Shown here piece by piece: positions 8,206 through 18,336 of a DNA stretch of 64,000 nt. The notes below the pieces were generated by a model that was not told the DNA's origin, made no database searches, and saw only the letters and a list, made by a program, of their open reading frames with translations. Source of the stretch: Cytophagales bacterium (lineage in GTDB: Bacteria > Bacteroidota > Bacteroidia > Cytophagales > Microscillaceae). The translations under genes and the position numbers were made by a program. Position 1 is the stretch's first letter, and every line of letters begins with the position of its first letter. The stretch spans positions 146,492 through 210,491 of the forward strand of contig JANPJR010000030.1 of NCBI GenBank assembly GCA_031425615.1. The letters run 5' to 3'.

Positions 8206-10137
8206 ATGATTTTACAACTCGACATTCAACGCATTATTGCACAAGCTACACATACATTTAAGCGATTTCCGTTGGTGATGTTGTCTGCAATTTTGGCCAC
8301 TGTTTTTTCTATGATTTTGATAGACTTAGACCAAAGTTCGAGCAAGATAGATGCAAATTTGGTAATTAACTTAGGCAAATGGATAAGCGTATTTTACTTA
8401 GGCTTATCTTTGTGTTTTGCATTTGCGTTATTTTGTGAAAAAAATCAACTCTCACCCATACAATCTGCTATCATGCAGGGCGGAAGCGTAATAATATTAT
8501 TGGGTACGAGATTTCTTATTTTGGACAACCCTAATTATGCTACATCTATACCCCAATTTATATTTTTAAGTGTTTTTGCACATTTAGCGGTATCTTTTGC
8601 TTCTTATTTGAATGATGGAGAAGAAAATGGTTTTTGGTATTTCAACCAATTTTTATTTTTCAGGTTTTGTCTTTCCGTGTTATATTCTGTTGTATTATTT
8701 GTGGGTATTGCTGGAGCTTTGGGTGCGATACAGGTTCTTTTTGGGTCAGATATTACCCCAAAAATTTATTTTAAAATATGGGTATTCATAGCAACATTGT
8801 TTAATACTTGGTTTTTTTTGGCTGGTGTCCCTGACGATTACAAAGCCTTAGACGCTTACACCGAATACCCACAACAACTCAAGGTTTTTACACAATTTGT
8901 GTTAATTCCCTTGATAACATTGTATTTAGGTATTTTGTATTTGTATGAGGTAAAATTGGCAATAGATTGGCATTTGCCAAAAGGTTTGGTATCTTATTTG
9001 GTGCTTGCTTTTTCTATAGGCGGAATTTTTTCTTTGCTTTTGATACACCCAATTAGAGAAAAAAATGGCAATCAATGGGTAAAAATATATGCCAAAACGT
9101 TTTATATTGCTATTCTACCACTTATTGCTTTGCTTTTTGTTAGCATTGGTTTGCGTGTGGTGCAATATGGCATTACTGAGAATCGCTACATTATTTTGAT
9201 GCTTGCTTTTTGGCTTTTGGGTACAAGTGCCAATGGATTGGTCAATAAAAACCAATACATTAAATCCATTCCCATATCACTGAGTGTGATAGTACTTTTT
9301 ATGGGTTTCATGCCTTTTATCAATGCTTTTGATGTGGCAAGATGGGAACAAAATCGTATTTTGCACCAACTTTTAACCAAAAATAATATCTGGAATAATG
9401 GAACACTTACTCCAAAAACTACAAAAGACTACGAACAAATTACATCTATATTGGAATATCTCAATAATAGAGGGAAAATAAAAGATATAGAAAAATATTT
9501 GGGAAAAAATAAAACAGAACTGTTGGTTTTTGAAAAAGACGAACCCGAAAATATAGAAAAGAAAAATGAAATGGCAAAAGATTTACAAAAATTAAACTAT
9601 GAACGCCTCAAAAAGCTAAAAGCAAGTTTTGCCATCAACACCAATCCAAACAAACAAGACAATGGCAAATATGCTAATGTGGAAAACTATGAAAACCCTA
9701 CAAATAAAGATTTTGTAGCAGTAGAAGGCTTTAAATCAATGTATATAGGTAATTTTTATAACTATATCCAATATGACGAAGATGATAAAGTCAAAAAAAT
9801 AGAAGAAACCAAAATTACAATGTCAGGCATGGATACACAGCTCGATATTCGTTTTCACCCATTGACACATGAATTAAACATGATTTTTAAACAAAACCTA
9901 AAAAAAGATATACCACAAACCGCAAGCATTACCTTTAATATCATGCCCCTGGTGGAAAAAATCTATAAAAAATCAAAAGAAAATAACATCTCACAAGAAG
10001 ATTTTTATCAAGATTTTGCCAATGAATCCAAAAGACTACAAGGCAGACTTGTGGTCAAAAGTCTTGGTGTTGTGCCTATCAAAGACACCAAAAGTTTTGG
10101 TATTCAATCACTTTATTTTTATATTTTGTTGAAATAA
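8206..10137 (+). CDS. Polytopic inner-membrane protein with a C-terminal K/N-rich soluble domain (DUF4153-like architecture). Function unknown.
   Basis: 643 aa. About 10 to 12 hydrophobic helices in the first ~400 aa, then a charged low-complexity tail. Confidence 0.65.
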   Translation: MILQLDIQRIIAQATHTFKRFPLVMLSAILATVFSMILIDLDQSSSKIDANLVINLGKWISVFYLGLSLCFAFALFCEKNQLSPIQSAIMQGGSVIILLGTRFLILDNPNYATSIPQFIFLSVFAHLAVSFASYLNDGEENGFWYFNQFLFFRFCLSVLYSVVLFVGIAGALGAIQVLFGSDITPKIYFKIWVFIATLFNTWFFLAGVPDDYKALDAYTEYPQQLKVFTQFVLIPLITLYLGILYLYEVKLAIDWHLPKGLVSYLVLAFSIGGIFSLLLIHPIREKNGNQWVKIYAKTFYIAILPLIALLFVSIGLRVVQYGITENRYIILMLAFWLLGTSANGLVNKNQYIKSIPISLSVIVLFMGFMPFINAFDVARWEQNRILHQLLTKNNIWNNGTLTPKTTKDYEQITSILEYLNNRGKIKDIEKYLGKNKTELLVFEKDEPENIEKKNEMAKDLQKLNYERLKKLKASFAINTNPNKQDNGKYANVENYENPTNKDFVAVEGFKSMYIGNFYNYIQYDEDDKVKKIEETKITMSGMDTQLDIRFHPLTHELNMIFKQNLKKDIPQTASITFNIMPLVEKIYKKSKENNISQEDFYQDFANESKRLQGRLVVKSLGVVPIKDTKSFGIQSLYFYILLK

Positions 10138-10336
10138 AAAGATAAAGCAGGCATAAAAAACAAGACTAAAAAAATAAAGGTTTAAAGTTTTTTTTTGCAA
10201 AAATGTAAAATATTCTTTTTTTTTTGTGAAAAAACTAAAAAAAGAATATTTTTTTCAAATAGTTTTTGAAATGTAAAAAAAAGCTCTTAATTTAGTGCCA
10301 TATTTAATACGTTTTCGTTATCTTATTTTTTTTTAA

Positions 10337-10714
10337 ATGAATATTTACGTTTCTAACATTTCTTTTTCTGCACAAGAAGAAGATTTGGAAAATAGCTTCT
10401 CTGAATTTGGCGAAGTTACATCTGTTAAAGTTATCATGGACAAAACCACTGGTAAATCAAAAGGTTTTGGTTTTATTGAAATGGCAGATGAAGAAGGTGC
10501 AAACAAAGCTATCGAGGCTTTGAATGGACAAAATTTTATGGGCAGACCTTTGGTCGTGAAAATTGCTTACCCAAAAGAGGAAACTCCTCGCAATAACAAC
10601 TTTGGAAACAAAACCTTCAACAACAACAGAAGTGGAGGTGGCGGAAACAATTATAATGGTGGAAACAATTATAACGGTGGCTACAAAAAAAGAAATGATG
10701 ACTACGATAACTAA
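10337..10714 (+). CDS. RNA-binding protein (RRM domain) with a Gly/Asn-rich C-terminal tail
   Basis: RNP-2 (IYVSNISF) and RNP-1 (KGFGFIEM) motifs, then GGGGNNYNGGNNYNGG. Confidence 0.9.
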   Translation: MNIYVSNISFSAQEEDLENSFSEFGEVTSVKVIMDKTTGKSKGFGFIEMADEEGANKAIEALNGQNFMGRPLVVKIAYPKEETPRNNNFGNKTFNNNRSGGGGNNYNGGNNYNGGYKKRNDDYDN

Positions 10715-10825
10715 GTCAACACTTAGAAGAAAATATTAACATTTCCATTTTCTTTGTTATTCATTTTCTTTATTATTATAGATTAGAATTATTTTTCTTT
10801 TGTTAAAAAAAACAGCTGATAAAAA

Positions 10826-10856
10826 GCAACTTGTCCAAAAGATAAGTTGCTTTTTT
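10826..10856. terminator. Rho-independent terminator (gcaactt-gtccaaaagat-aagttgc plus T6)
   Basis: Between the convergent RRM (+) and yidD (-) genes. Confidence 0.65.
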
Positions 10857-10861
10857 GATTT

Positions 10862-11107
10862 TTATGGCACAGGGTCATGTCCGCCTTTACAATATGGATT
10901 GCATCGTCCAATACGCTTGACACCCAACCATATTCCTTTCAATGCCCCATGTTTTTGTATGGCTTCTACCATATATTGCGAACAACTTGGCGTAAATCTG
11001 CAAGCACGTGGCAAATAAGGCGAAATAGCTAATTGATAAAAACGCACAGGCAAAATAAATATCATTTTGAAAAATGTATTTATGCCCTTTTTTATTTCAA
11101 ATTTCAT
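10862..11107 (-). CDS. yidD: Membrane protein insertion efficiency factor YidD
   Basis: [54 protein letters not shown] is the canonical YidD. The true start may be the internal Met (MIFILP). Confidence 0.88.
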   Translation of the reverse strand: MKFEIKKGINTFFKMIFILPVRFYQLAISPYLPRACRFTPSCSQYMVEAIQKHGALKGIWLGVKRIGRCNPYCKGGHDPVP

Positions 11108-11179
11108 CTTAAAAATGCAAAATATAATTTGGTGTAAATTAAAAAAATGAATTAACCAATTACTGAAAAAGTTATTTTC

Positions 11180-11212
11180 TGAACCTTAAACCTTTGAACC
11201 TTTTAAACTTTC
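11180..11212 (+). repeat. TTGAACCTT-family 9-mer tandem array, overlapping the dtd C-terminus
   Basis: tgaaccttaaacctttgaaccttttaaacttt. Its reverse complement encodes ...ESLKGSKV* of dtd. Confidence 0.7.
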
Positions 11213-11644
11213 CAATATAATTGTAACAGGTCCGTCATTGCACAAAGTTACTTGCATATCTGCCCCAAATTCACCTGTTGGAATAGGTTTTTGAAGAAGA
11301 TTTTGCAAAGTTATCACAAAATTATCATACAAAATTTTTGCTTTACCGGGTTTTGCGGATTTGATAAAAGATGGGCGATTGCCTTTTTGGGTATCTGCAT
11401 AAAGCGTAAATTGACTTATGACCAATATTTCACCTTGAATGTCCTGCACAGAAAGATTCATTTTACCATTTTCATCTGAAAAAATACGCATCTGCACAAT
11501 TTTTTTAGTCAAATATTGTATATCTTTCTCCTCGTCATCCTCCCCTACGCCCAACAATACCAATAAACCTTTTTTTATCTCGCCTTTTACATTGCCTTCT
11601 ATGCTTACTTGTGCATGGCTCACACGTTGAATAAGTGCTATCAT
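11186..11644 (-). CDS. dtd: D-aminoacyl-tRNA deacylase
   Basis: MIALIQRVSHAQVSIEG...GLLVLLGV...ISQFTLYADTQKGNRPSF...NDGPVTI are canonical Dtd motifs. Confidence 0.92.
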   Translation of the reverse strand: MIALIQRVSHAQVSIEGNVKGEIKKGLLVLLGVGEDDEEKDIQYLTKKIVQMRIFSDENGKMNLSVQDIQGEILVISQFTLYADTQKGNRPSFIKSAKPGKAKILYDNFVITLQNLLQKPIPTGEFGADMQVTLCNDGPVTIILESLKGSKV

Positions 11645-11777
11645 GATATTGTTGTTGTATCAATTTATTCAGTTTTTTGTTATCTGTTTATTTTTTGTTA
11701 CCTGTTTATCTATCTAAAACTCAATGGATTTTTTTAGCTCTTTGAATTTAACCTAAAAAAAAACAAAAATTATCCTT

Positions 11778-11828
11778 TTTGAACCTTGAACTTTTTGAAC
11801 CTTGAACTTTTAAACCTTGAACTTTCTA
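11778..11828 (+). repeat. TTGAACCTT-family tandem array (5-6 units) immediately 3' of the OmpA-family gene
   Basis: tttgaaccttgaactttttgaaccttgaacttttaaaccttgaactttc. Confidence 0.8.
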
Positions 11829-13172
11829 ATCTTTCACAACTTTTATCTCTACTCTGCGATTTTTGTGGCGATTTTCTTCTGTATCGTTTGGTGCTATTGG
11901 TTTGCTTTGTCCAAAACCTGTTGAACTGATGCGTGCTTTTTTGATAAACCCATGTTCCACAATATATTGTGCGATAGCTTGCGAGCGGTCTTTGGAAAGT
12001 TGGAGGTTAAAATTAGCATCACCAACATTGTCAGTATGCCCTGAGATTTCAATATGATAATTTGGGTGGTCTTGCAAAAATTGGCTTATCATATTCAATT
12101 CGGGAAAACTATTTTTACCAATAACTGCCTTTCCTGTTTCAAATTCAATATTGGGCAAAATCAAAATAGCCCCCAAATTACTGGGTTGCAACACAAAATT
12201 TTGTTCTACAATTTTTTGATTTGGCTTCAATTCCACCAAAATACGTTGGCTAAAAAAACCTTGTGCTTTTGCCTCCAAATAAAATTTGTTGGTATATTGC
12301 ATACGACTAAACTCATATTGTCCTTTTTCTTTTTTGTCTTTATTTTCCCTTTCAGTCAATTCAAAAGCCCTATAATTAACATCTGTAAGCACATAATCAA
12401 TGCGTGAGGCAAGCGGTTGAGCATCTATTCCACTAATAACTTTACCTTTAATTTGCACAAATTCTTCTTCGTCTGGCGAGTCGTCATCAAGCGGAATTAC
12501 TTGGATATCATCTATGTAATAATACGCCCCTTCATAGCCTCCTTTTTGCCTGCGAACTGCTTTTGTGCGTTCTATTGGAAAAAAATTGCCTACAAAAAGG
12601 TAGCTAAAATTTTCAGTTGGAATAACAGTTTTTTCTAATGTTGTCCAATTATTATAATCTGTCAAAGGATTTGCAAATTTAGCGTGTGCCATTTGTGCGT
12701 GATAGCTGTCTTTGGTGTCATTTGAAAATAACATACCCAAATTATCACAAGCAAAATTAGAATATTCTTCTGCCAAACTTGCTTTTAGGCTTATTTTATA
12801 TTTGTGCCCTTTGCGTACAGGCGAAGTAAGGCGTATAGCTATGATTTCTAACGGTGATTTGACATGATACGCCAAAATACCAGCATAATTCTTGCCTTCG
12901 GAAGGCATTTGATACCCAAAAAAATTATTTGGTGTTTGGATTTTATTGCTTTGGGCATCAGCACTAAATAAATCAGGCGTAAAATAATTTTTTTCCCAAC
13001 CTTCTGCATCTTCTATATCACCATATTCCACAGGAGGCATTTTAAGGATTTCAAAACCTCCATTTGGTACAAGATTTTTGGCAGAAATTGGATTTTTATT
13101 GGTTTCTTGTGCAAAATTTTCTTTGGAAAAAATTAAAAAAACCAATGTAAAAAAAATAAAATAGAAACGCAT
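11826..13172 (-). CDS. OmpA-family protein (N-terminal secreted domain plus C-terminal OmpA peptidoglycan-binding domain)
   Basis: Signal peptide. The C-terminus ISGHTDNVGDANFNLQLSKDRSQAIAQYIVEHG...NRRVEI is the OmpA_C motif set. Confidence 0.85.
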   Translation of the reverse strand: MRFYFIFFTLVFLIFSKENFAQETNKNPISAKNLVPNGGFEILKMPPVEYGDIEDAEGWEKNYFTPDLFSADAQSNKIQTPNNFFGYQMPSEGKNYAGILAYHVKSPLEIIAIRLTSPVRKGHKYKISLKASLAEEYSNFACDNLGMLFSNDTKDSYHAQMAHAKFANPLTDYNNWTTLEKTVIPTENFSYLFVGNFFPIERTKAVRRQKGGYEGAYYYIDDIQVIPLDDDSPDEEEFVQIKGKVISGIDAQPLASRIDYVLTDVNYRAFELTERENKDKKEKGQYEFSRMQYTNKFYLEAKAQGFFSQRILVELKPNQKIVEQNFVLQPSNLGAILILPNIEFETGKAVIGKNSFPELNMISQFLQDHPNYHIEISGHTDNVGDANFNLQLSKDRSQAIAQYIVEHGFIKKARISSTGFGQSKPIAPNDTEENRHKNRRVEIKVVKD

Positions 13173-13245
13173 GTTTTAAGGAATTATTTTTGTGGTTAGA
13201 ACTTCTTATTACATTACGAAAATTTTGCCAAAAAGATTTTTTTTA

Positions 13246-13294
13246 GAAAAAACTAAAAAAACTGACGACTAAAAAAACTAACGACTGAAAAACT
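13246..13294 (+). repeat. AACTGACGACT / AACTAACGACTGAAAAACT tandem motif array
   Basis: aaaaactaaaaaaactgacgactaaaaaaactaacgactgaaaaactt, abutting the stop of the minus-strand gene. Confidence 0.6.
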
Positions 13295-13611
13295 TAAATA
13301 TCTTTATTTTTTTTGGAAAACATACTGCCAATGCGTGCAAATGTTCTTTTTTCAAAAGCCCAAAAAAAGGCAAATTGACCAAAAATAAAACCGTAAAACA
13401 ATAATAATATTTGGTACAAAGGCAACATTATCAACAAATACAATAATGTGTCTACAAAGCCACCACCATTGTTGAAACCTAATAAACTAAAAAGTGGTGT
13501 TTTAAGAAATAATACACTAAAACCTGTGCAAGCAAATACAATCAACACCAAAACCACTTGTGTAAGGCTTTTGAGTTGCCAACGTGCTTGTAATTTTTCT
13601 ATAAATGACAT
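13294..13611 (-). CDS. Small hypothetical membrane protein (2-3 TM)
   Basis: 105 aa with hydrophobic helices. No recognisable motif. Confidence 0.45.
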   Translation of the reverse strand: MSFIEKLQARWQLKSLTQVVLVLIVFACTGFSVLFLKTPLFSLLGFNNGGGFVDTLLYLLIMLPLYQILLLFYGFIFGQFAFFWAFEKRTFARIGSMFSKKNKDI

Positions 13612-13694
13612 TTTTTATAAGGGAATTTTTTATAATTTTACCACAAAATTAACCCAAAATTTTTAATATTGCAAAATCTTAAATTTCGCTCATC

Positions 13695-16502
13695 ATGAAC
13701 TTTCAAAGCCTCTCTAAAATTTTGCCCAAAAGTAAAGTTTTAATTGCCCAAAATCCAAAAGTTGACTTAAAAAATCTCTCTACTGATAGCAGAGAAGGTT
13801 GTTTTTTAGAAAATACGTTGTTTTTTGCACTCGTAGGCGAAAGACGCAATGGACACGATTTTATACAAGAAGTTATCCAAAAAGGTGGAAGAAATTTTGT
13901 GATTTCTGAAAATATTGATATTGAAGAGTTACTGAAAAATGTATCACAAAACCAACCAGAAAACCATAAAAATATCGCTTTAAATATCATCAAAGTACAA
14001 AATACCTTATACGCTTTGCAACGCATAGCACAAACCCATAGAGAAAATTTTGAATATCCAGTTATTGCTATTACAGGAAGCAATGGTAAAACAATAATCA
14101 AAGAATGGCTCTCAGAAATACTGCAAAACTTGGGTTTAAGTGTGGTAAAAAGCCCAAAAAGTTACAACTCACAAATAGGTGTGCCACTTTCAGTATGGCA
14201 AATGTCAAATATGCACAATATTGGTGTATTTGAAGCAGGTATTTCTCAAGTAAATGAAATGCAAAATTTGGAAAAAATATTACAACCTAATTTTTGTATT
14301 TTTAGCAATATAGGCGAAGCACACAAAAATGGATTTCCTTCACACATAGAAAAAATTAAACAAAAACTTTTTTTAGCTAAAAATACCCAAAAATTGATTT
14401 TTAATTTGAAATATACCCAATTAAACGAAGTTGTTGATATTTTGGAAAAAGAAAGTTTTTTTGAAAATCCAATGTTTCAAAAAATTATTTGGGGTGAAAG
14501 TGAAATTATAGACCAGTTTTTAGAAAAAAATAATCCTAATTTTGAAGAAAAAATACAATATAACTCAGATTTAAACTCAAAATATTACAAGGTTTCTTAC
14601 AAGCCTAATAATACCCATAAAAAATCGGGAATTCTTATACATTGTGTCAATCCAATACATACCAACTTATCGCCTACATATTTGTTTGCTGTGCCTTTCA
14701 AAGATGAAGCGAGTTTGGAAAATATTGCCCATATATTGGTTTTTTTATTGGATTTTTTATTGGAAAATATTGATAAGGCATACCAACAAAATCAACAAAA
14801 TGGAAACCAAGAAAAATCAACAGTTTATTATGAAAAATCCCAAAATGTGAGGAAAAATATAGAAAATAGCATTGAAAATCTCCAACCTGTACAAATGCGA
14901 TTGCAACGCAAAGCTGGCGTAAATTACTGTACATTGATTGATGACACCTATAATAATGATTTGGAAGGCTTAAAAATTGCTTTAGATTTTACAGCAACAC
15001 AACACAATGATACTTACAAACGCAAAATTTTGGTGTTGTCTGCCCCAGCAAATCAACAAGTTTCGGTTGAAATTTATAGCGATTTGTTGGCTACTTATTT
15101 ATGGCAATATGTGATAGATGTATTTGTAGGAATTGGTGATTTTTTTACAGAAAACCGAGATTTTATGTTAAAAATTATAGAAAATAAAAACCCAAACCAT
15201 GAAAATGCAAACCATATAAATTCAAATCATTCAAAATTAAAAAAAATCATTTTTTTAAATAATACAACTGATTTTTTTACAAAATTTACCCAAAAAGATT
15301 TTTTTCAGGATATTATTTTGATAAAAGGTGCAAGAAAATATCAATTTGAACAAATCATAAATTTCCTACAAGAAAAAACGCACCGCACAACCTTAGAAAT
15401 AAACCTAAATGCCCTCACACACAACCTTAATTTTTATAAAAGTCTTATAAAACCTTACACAAAAATAATGGTAATGGTAAAGGCTTTTGCATACGGGACA
15501 GGACGCACAGAAGTTGCACAACTTCTACAACACAATGGGGTGGATTATTTGGCAGTTGCTTATACAGATGAAGCGGTTGCACTACGCAAAGAAGGCATCA
15601 CAATTCCGATTATGGTAATGAATCCCACAGAGGAAGATTTTCCAAAAATAATTACATACAATATTGAGCCTGAAATATATAGTTTTGAGTTGTTGGAAAA
15701 ATGGTTTTTTTATTGCAAAAATACACAAAAAACTGATTTTGCTATACACCTAAAACTTGATACAGGCATGAAACGTTTGGGTTTTGAAAGTGATGAAATT
15801 AATCTTTTATGTGATTTTTTAAGAAAAAATTTACCAAAAAATGCACTAATCAAAAGTATTTTTACGCATTTAGCAGGGGCTGATGACGCATTTCATAATG
15901 ATTTCTCTTTAAAACAAATTGATGTTTTTTTAAAAAATGCTAAAATTATTACAAATCCTTCAAATAAAATAAACAGAAATATGCCAAAACCATTTTTGCA
16001 TCTGGTTAATTCTGCTGGAATTGTGCGTTTTCCTGAGGCACATTTTGATATGGTGCGTTTGGGTATTGGTTTGTATGGTATAGAAACAAATGAGATTTTT
16101 GCAGACAAATTGCAAGCAATTACAACACTCAAAACACATATTTCACAAATCAAAAAACTCAAAAAAGGCGAATCTGTAGGATATAGTCGCACACACATTG
16201 CCCAAGAAAATACGCAAATTGCTACGATTGCGATTGGTTATGCTGATGGTTTGAATAGACTTTTGAGCAATGAAAATGGCGAAGTTTGGATAAAAAATAA
16301 ATTATGTAAGATTGTAGGGCGTATTTGTATGGATATGTGTATGGTGGATATTGGCAACCTTGTGGTGGAAGTAGGCGAAGAAGTAGAAATTTTTGGTAAA
16401 AATATTTCTGTGCAAAGTATTGCCAAAAAAATAAATACCATTCCTTATGAAATCCTAACATCAATAGGCGAAAGGGTAAAGCGGGTTTTTTTTACAGAGT
16501 AG
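13695..16502 (+). CDS. murF: Bifunctional UDP-N-acetylmuramoyl-tripeptide--D-alanyl-D-alanine ligase (MurF) / alanine racemase (Alr) fusion
   Basis: N-terminal MurF domain (AITGSNGKTIIKEWL P-loop). C-terminal Alr (KAFAYGTG PLP-lysine region, ...VMVKAFAYGTGRTEVAQ..., GYADG). Long N/Q/K-rich low-complexity insertions between and within the domains. Confidence 0.9.
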   Translation: MNFQSLSKILPKSKVLIAQNPKVDLKNLSTDSREGCFLENTLFFALVGERRNGHDFIQEVIQKGGRNFVISENIDIEELLKNVSQNQPENHKNIALNIIKVQNTLYALQRIAQTHRENFEYPVIAITGSNGKTIIKEWLSEILQNLGLSVVKSPKSYNSQIGVPLSVWQMSNMHNIGVFEAGISQVNEMQNLEKILQPNFCIFSNIGEAHKNGFPSHIEKIKQKLFLAKNTQKLIFNLKYTQLNEVVDILEKESFFENPMFQKIIWGESEIIDQFLEKNNPNFEEKIQYNSDLNSKYYKVSYKPNNTHKKSGILIHCVNPIHTNLSPTYLFAVPFKDEASLENIAHILVFLLDFLLENIDKAYQQNQQNGNQEKSTVYYEKSQNVRKNIENSIENLQPVQMRLQRKAGVNYCTLIDDTYNNDLEGLKIALDFTATQHNDTYKRKILVLSAPANQQVSVEIYSDLLATYLWQYVIDVFVGIGDFFTENRDFMLKIIENKNPNHENANHINSNHSKLKKIIFLNNTTDFFTKFTQKDFFQDIILIKGARKYQFEQIINFLQEKTHRTTLEINLNALTHNLNFYKSLIKPYTKIMVMVKAFAYGTGRTEVAQLLQHNGVDYLAVAYTDEAVALRKEGITIPIMVMNPTEEDFPKIITYNIEPEIYSFELLEKWFFYCKNTQKTDFAIHLKLDTGMKRLGFESDEINLLCDFLRKNLPKNALIKSIFTHLAGADDAFHNDFSLKQIDVFLKNAKIITNPSNKINRNMPKPFLHLVNSAGIVRFPEAHFDMVRLGIGLYGIETNEIFADKLQAITTLKTHISQIKKLKKGESVGYSRTHIAQENTQIATIAIGYADGLNRLLSNENGEVWIKNKLCKIVGRICMDMCMVDIGNLVVEVGEEVEIFGKNISVQSIAKKINTIPYEILTSIGERVKRVFFTE

Positions 16503-16554
16503 CGTTCTAACCTCATAAAGGGAGTTAATAAAAAAACAATTAAATACTATTTGC

Positions 16555-16577
16555 TCCTCTTTGGGGGCTGGGGCTTT
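16555..16577 (-). repeat. REP-like element, inverted copy (CCTCTTTGGGGGCTGGGGCT), with a degenerate partner at about 16508-16524
   Basis: Between convergent murF/alr (+) and the ABC ATPase gene (-). Overlaps the ABC gene stop. Confidence 0.55.
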
Positions 16578-18258
16578 AATCCTCCAAAACTGCCCCAAGC
16601 AGTCTTTGGGTATATTCATGCATTGGATTTGCATAGATGGCGTTTTTTTCGCCATATTCCACCAAAATACCATTTTCTAAAATGGCGATTTTATCTGCCA
16701 AAAATTTTATTACTGCTAAATCATGCGAAATAAAAAGCATCGTCAAAGACAATTCTTTTTGCAAATCTTTCAAAAGATTTAAAATTTGGGCTTGAATAGA
16801 CACATCAAGCGAAGCAGTGCTTTCATCAGCCACCAAAATCTTAGGCGAAAAAGCCAATGCCCTTGCAATATTCAACCTTTGGCGTTGCCCCCCAGAAAGT
16901 TGGTGCGGAAATCTGTCTTGATAACTCGCAGGTAATTGCACAAGATTCAGCAATTCATGAAGGCGTGCTTGAACTTGATTTTTTTGCAAAATTGGGTGTA
17001 TATAAAAAGGCTCTGCAAGTATTTCGCCTATTTTCATTTTGGGATTGAGCGAAGCAAAAGCATCTTGAAATACCATTTGTACGCTTTGGGTATAATATTT
17101 GGCTTCGGTTGTGTTAAATTTTTGGATATTTTTATTTTCAAATAAAATTTCGCCTTTTGTGGGTTTTTCCAATCGCAAAATCAATCGTCCAATCGTACTT
17201 TTACCACTGCCAGATTCGCCTACAAGCCCCAATGTTTCACCAGCCAAAAGACTTACATTGATATTTGTAAGTATGTTTTTTATAGTATTATTGTATTTAA
17301 AATCAAGGTTTTGGATTTTTAGGATTTCATTTTTTACTTCTTGTTCTTTGAGTTTGTTACTTTTTATTTCTTTAATTCTTGGTAAAAAAACTTTTTGATT
17401 TTCATTTTCCCAAAAATCCTCTACTGTGGGAAGTGGTTGATTATCAGGTGTTTTGAGGGTAGGTTTGCACGCCAAAAGTCCTTTAGTGTAGGCATGTTGT
17501 GGATTTTTTAAAATGTTTTCGGTGGTATTTTCTTCCAATTTTTCGCCACGATACATCACCAAAACCCTTTGTGCAATATAATTAACTACGCTCCAATCAT
17601 GCGAAACAAATAAAAGACTTGTTTGAAATTCTTTTTGCAATTTTTTTAATAAATCCAAAATTTCCTTTTGTACTGTAACATCTAAAGCAGTTGTTGGTTC
17701 ATCAGCAATCAACAATTTTGGGTTGCCTGCGAGTGCAATGGCTATCACAAAACGCTGTTTTTGCCCGCCAGAAAGTTGATGTGGATAGCTTTGATATTTT
17801 TTTTCAACCTCTGTCATTTGCATTTTTTCCAATAATTGAAGGGTATATTTTTTGGCTTCTTTTTGGCTAAAATGTGGGTGATGTAAGCGTACAGCTTCTT
17901 CTACTTGATAACCACACGTAAAAACAGGATTAAGGGCAGACATTGGTTCTTGGAAAATCATGCCTATTTCTTTGCCTCTGAGCAGTTTTTTTTGTTTTTC
18001 GGGCAAATTTAATAAATCTACTTTGCCAAATTGCGTAGAAGAAAACCAAATATTTCCTGACACTTCACACGCAGGCAAAAGCCCCAAAATAGCCAATGCA
18101 GTCAAGGATTTTCCCGAACCTGATTCGCCCACAATACCCAAACTTTCGCCTTCTGAAAGTGTATAATTGATGTTTTGCAGTGTAAAGGGTTTAGTTTTAG
18201 GATTGGTTTCTTCCTTTTTTTTTTTGAATTGCAAGGAAAAATTTTCAAGCGAAAGCAT
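16576..18258 (-). CDS. ABC transporter ATP-binding protein with two tandem ATPase domains (peptide/nickel-type YejF/GsiA-like)
   Basis: Two Walker A sites (GESGSGKS twice). Two signature motifs (LSGGQKQR, LSGGQRQR). Walker B/D-loops present. Confidence 0.9.
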   Translation of the reverse strand: MLSLENFSLQFKKKKEETNPKTKPFTLQNINYTLSEGESLGIVGESGSGKSLTALAILGLLPACEVSGNIWFSSTQFGKVDLLNLPEKQKKLLRGKEIGMIFQEPMSALNPVFTCGYQVEEAVRLHHPHFSQKEAKKYTLQLLEKMQMTEVEKKYQSYPHQLSGGQKQRFVIAIALAGNPKLLIADEPTTALDVTVQKEILDLLKKLQKEFQTSLLFVSHDWSVVNYIAQRVLVMYRGEKLEENTTENILKNPQHAYTKGLLACKPTLKTPDNQPLPTVEDFWENENQKVFLPRIKEIKSNKLKEQEVKNEILKIQNLDFKYNNTIKNILTNINVSLLAGETLGLVGESGSGKSTIGRLILRLEKPTKGEILFENKNIQKFNTTEAKYYTQSVQMVFQDAFASLNPKMKIGEILAEPFYIHPILQKNQVQARLHELLNLVQLPASYQDRFPHQLSGGQRQRLNIARALAFSPKILVADESTASLDVSIQAQILNLLKDLQKELSLTMLFISHDLAVIKFLADKIAILENGILVEYGEKNAIYANPMHEYTQRLLGAVLED

Positions 18259-18265
18259 AAAAAGA

Positions 18266-18290
18266 TTATGAATTATGAATTATGGATTTT
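18266..18290 (+). repeat. ATTATGAATTATGGATT tandem motif
   Basis: gattatgaattatgaattatggatt, just upstream of the ABC gene start. Confidence 0.6.
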
Positions 18291-18336
18291 TTTGTTCTTT
18301 TAATTTTACAAAAAAAGATGAGTAACTACACATTTA

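Noticed and set aside
12054-12638. + strand ORFs of 117 aa and 73 aa
   Set aside because: They are antisense within the OmpA-family gene 11826-13172.
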